From Promethearchaeota archaeon (GTDB lineage: Archaea > Asgardarchaeota > Odinarchaeia > Odinarchaeales > JBHLKK01): DNA of 6,986 nucleotides. Both the position numbers and the translations under genes were made by a program. The stretch is from positions 1 through 6,986 of the forward strand of contig JBHLPL010000103.1 in assembly GCA_048939465.1 (NCBI GenBank), written 5' to 3'. The notes under the pieces were generated by a model. The model had not been told where the DNA came from and ran no database searches. It saw nothing but the letters and a program-made list of their open reading frames with translations. Shown in pieces: positions 5,653 through 6,986 of this stretch (positions are counted from its first letter, which is position 1; every line of letters starts with the position of its first letter).

Positions 5653-6986
5653 TCAGTCCTTTTTGTTCCAGTGTTGATCTAAGAATTTCTTAATGCCGCT
5701 GCTATCCTCTGGACCAACAAGCACAGACCAACCTGAGGCTTCTTCTAAGTCACCTCTTATTCTAGAGGCCATTCTAGGGATTACTATGTTCTTATGATCT
5801 ACTTTGCTTTTCACATCGTATTCTTTCATTGCTTCTGCAGCAATTTCACCAGTCAATTTTCGCCCTGCAACTGCCGACGATACGCTTAGACCTTCAGTAT
5901 TAGTGACTACTAGGTAACAATTAATATTGGCACTTTCTAAGTCACTTAAAACCGTGAAGTAGGTCAAAGCGAAATTCGTTGTGAGCAAAACAGGTGAAGT
6001 CCTGTCGGGCTTACCTATAATACGCAAGCCAGCCTCTACATCAACAGGTTTCTGAGGATCGTTGTATAGGTTATCACGTAGAAACAGTTGGGGGAGGATT
6101 GTCCACATATCCAGACTATGCATTATCAGTATGTCTGCGAATCTTATTATTTGAATGGAAGCGAGTATTGCCTCGTTCCATTTAGCAACATCAGTAGGAC
6201 CGTCATAACCGGCCCACACAACGATCGGAGTTCCCATTAGAGGATATCCAAGAAGTATGTCATCTTCTTTGGTAGCTGCAAGTCGGAGCATTGTAAAATT
6301 ATCCAAGGTGTTACCCAGCCCTTCACCAAAAGCAGTGCCGGGGTCAAGGACTAGATCTTCAATGCCGAACCTCGCTAATGTGTTTGTAAGCGATCTGAGA
6401 AGTTTAAGATTTCCTTGTGTAGAGACTGCCAGTGGACAATTATACTCTGCTGCCAGTTCTCCCATTTCAAACCAGTTATCCTCAGTTGCAGTATAGATTA
6501 ACGGTCTTTTATCTCCTGCAGTCTTCAGTCCACTCTCTATTACTTGTGGATTGGATGAGCACAGAACCAAAGGTAGCTTAGTATTTTTTGTGATTACCTT
6601 CAAGGCCTTTTCAAATTTGGAAGGGTCATTAGAGGTGGATCGAACTGCAATCGCATCAAGTTTTATTTGCTTACCAATGTATGTGTAGCTGAGTCCCTCG
6701 ACCGCCTTAACACGATCTATCAGATCTTTTTTGGGCATTTCATCAGTCACGTCTATAGCGATAACGGTAGGATTCGTGTATCGCAAATCGTGACGGTACA
6801 TGACAAGCTTGCCGCCAATTTTCGTGGTTTTTTCTCCATTTCCAAAGGACACTTCCCTTACAGGAGGTCTTAGCATTTCCTCCAGAGTCTCCACATTCTT
6901 CTTGTATTTCGGATCTTCATAAAGGGGAGTGCATAGCTTCAAGTCGACTGTCCTCTCTGCAAGCTTTGTTGCAAGAGCCATACAGT
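5653..6986 (-). CDS. cdhE: CODH/acetyl-CoA synthase complex gamma subunit (corrinoid Fe-S protein large subunit); 5'-partial
   Basis: Motifs KIGG..VMYRH, LDAIAVRSTSNDP, DLVLDPG, RFADILIMH, DPQKPV, SPVLLTTNFALTYFTV.SD, TEGLSV..AVAG and GW.VLVGP.DSS. The track's Met (6981) is internal. It is preceded in frame by TGT (Cys, 6982-6984), and a Cys lies 17 codons after that one (6931-6933). These are the last two ligands of the CX2CX4CX16C [4Fe-4S] motif, so the true start is beyond the window. Confidence 0.97.
   Translation of the reverse strand, partial: CMALATKLAERTVDLKLCTPLYEDPKYKKNVETLEEMLRPPVREVSFGNGEKTTKIGGKLVMYRHDLRYTNPTVIAIDVTDEMPKKDLIDRVKAVEGLSYTYIGKQIKLDAIAVRSTSNDPSKFEKALKVITKNTKLPLVLCSSNPQVIESGLKTAGDKRPLIYTATEDNWFEMGELAAEYNCPLAVSTQGNLKLLRSLTNTLARFGIEDLVLDPGTAFGEGLGNTLDNFTMLRLAATKEDDILLGYPLMGTPIVVWAGYDGPTDVAKWNEAILASIQIIRFADILIMHSLDMWTILPQLFLRDNLYNDPQKPVDVEAGLRIIGKPDRTSPVLLTTNFALTYFTVLSDLESANINCYLVVTNTEGLSVSSAVAGRKLTGEIAAEAMKEYDVKSKVDHKNIVIPRMASRIRGDLEEASGWSVLVGPEDSSGIKKFLDQHWNKKD

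Noticed and set aside
6257-6873. Plus-strand ORFs 6257-6496 and 6667-6873
   Set aside because: Antisense shadows of cdhE.
1-6986. CRISPR array, transposase, integrase, tRNA/rRNA, defence or methanogenesis (mcr/mtr) genes
   Set aside because: None seen. All intergenic gaps are under 180 nt, there are no spaced direct repeats, and all long frames are explained by the five genes.

Overview
Archaeal core-metabolism locus with five protein-coding genes and no RNA genes, mobile elements or CRISPR array. From left to right: (1) a large secreted S8 subtilisin-like protease on the minus strand, which starts at 2603 and runs off the left edge and is missing from the supplied ORF track. It has a signal peptide, a propeptide, an intact D/H/S triad, a sequon-rich linker and a GATase-like (GIFT/DUF4350-type) C-terminal domain. 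(2) A divergently transcribed bifunctional FBP aldolase/phosphatase (fbp). (3, 4) Two convergent, tandem CooC-family nickel-insertion ATPases, one CooC1-like and one AcsF-like. (5) A 5'-truncated cdhE/acsC, the corrinoid Fe-S protein large subunit of CODH/ACS. From memory, the CdhE most resembles Bathyarchaeia/Asgard-type proteins; I have not verified this. I see no clearly new multi-gene system. The best lead is regulatory: a 10/12 match to the Thermococcales TrmBL1/Tgr operator (TATCAC-N5-GTGATA) lies between the divergent TATA boxes of fbp and the protease. This suggests a switch coupling peptide scavenging to gluconeogenesis in a Wood-Ljungdahl archaeon. The second lead is the protease's domain architecture.
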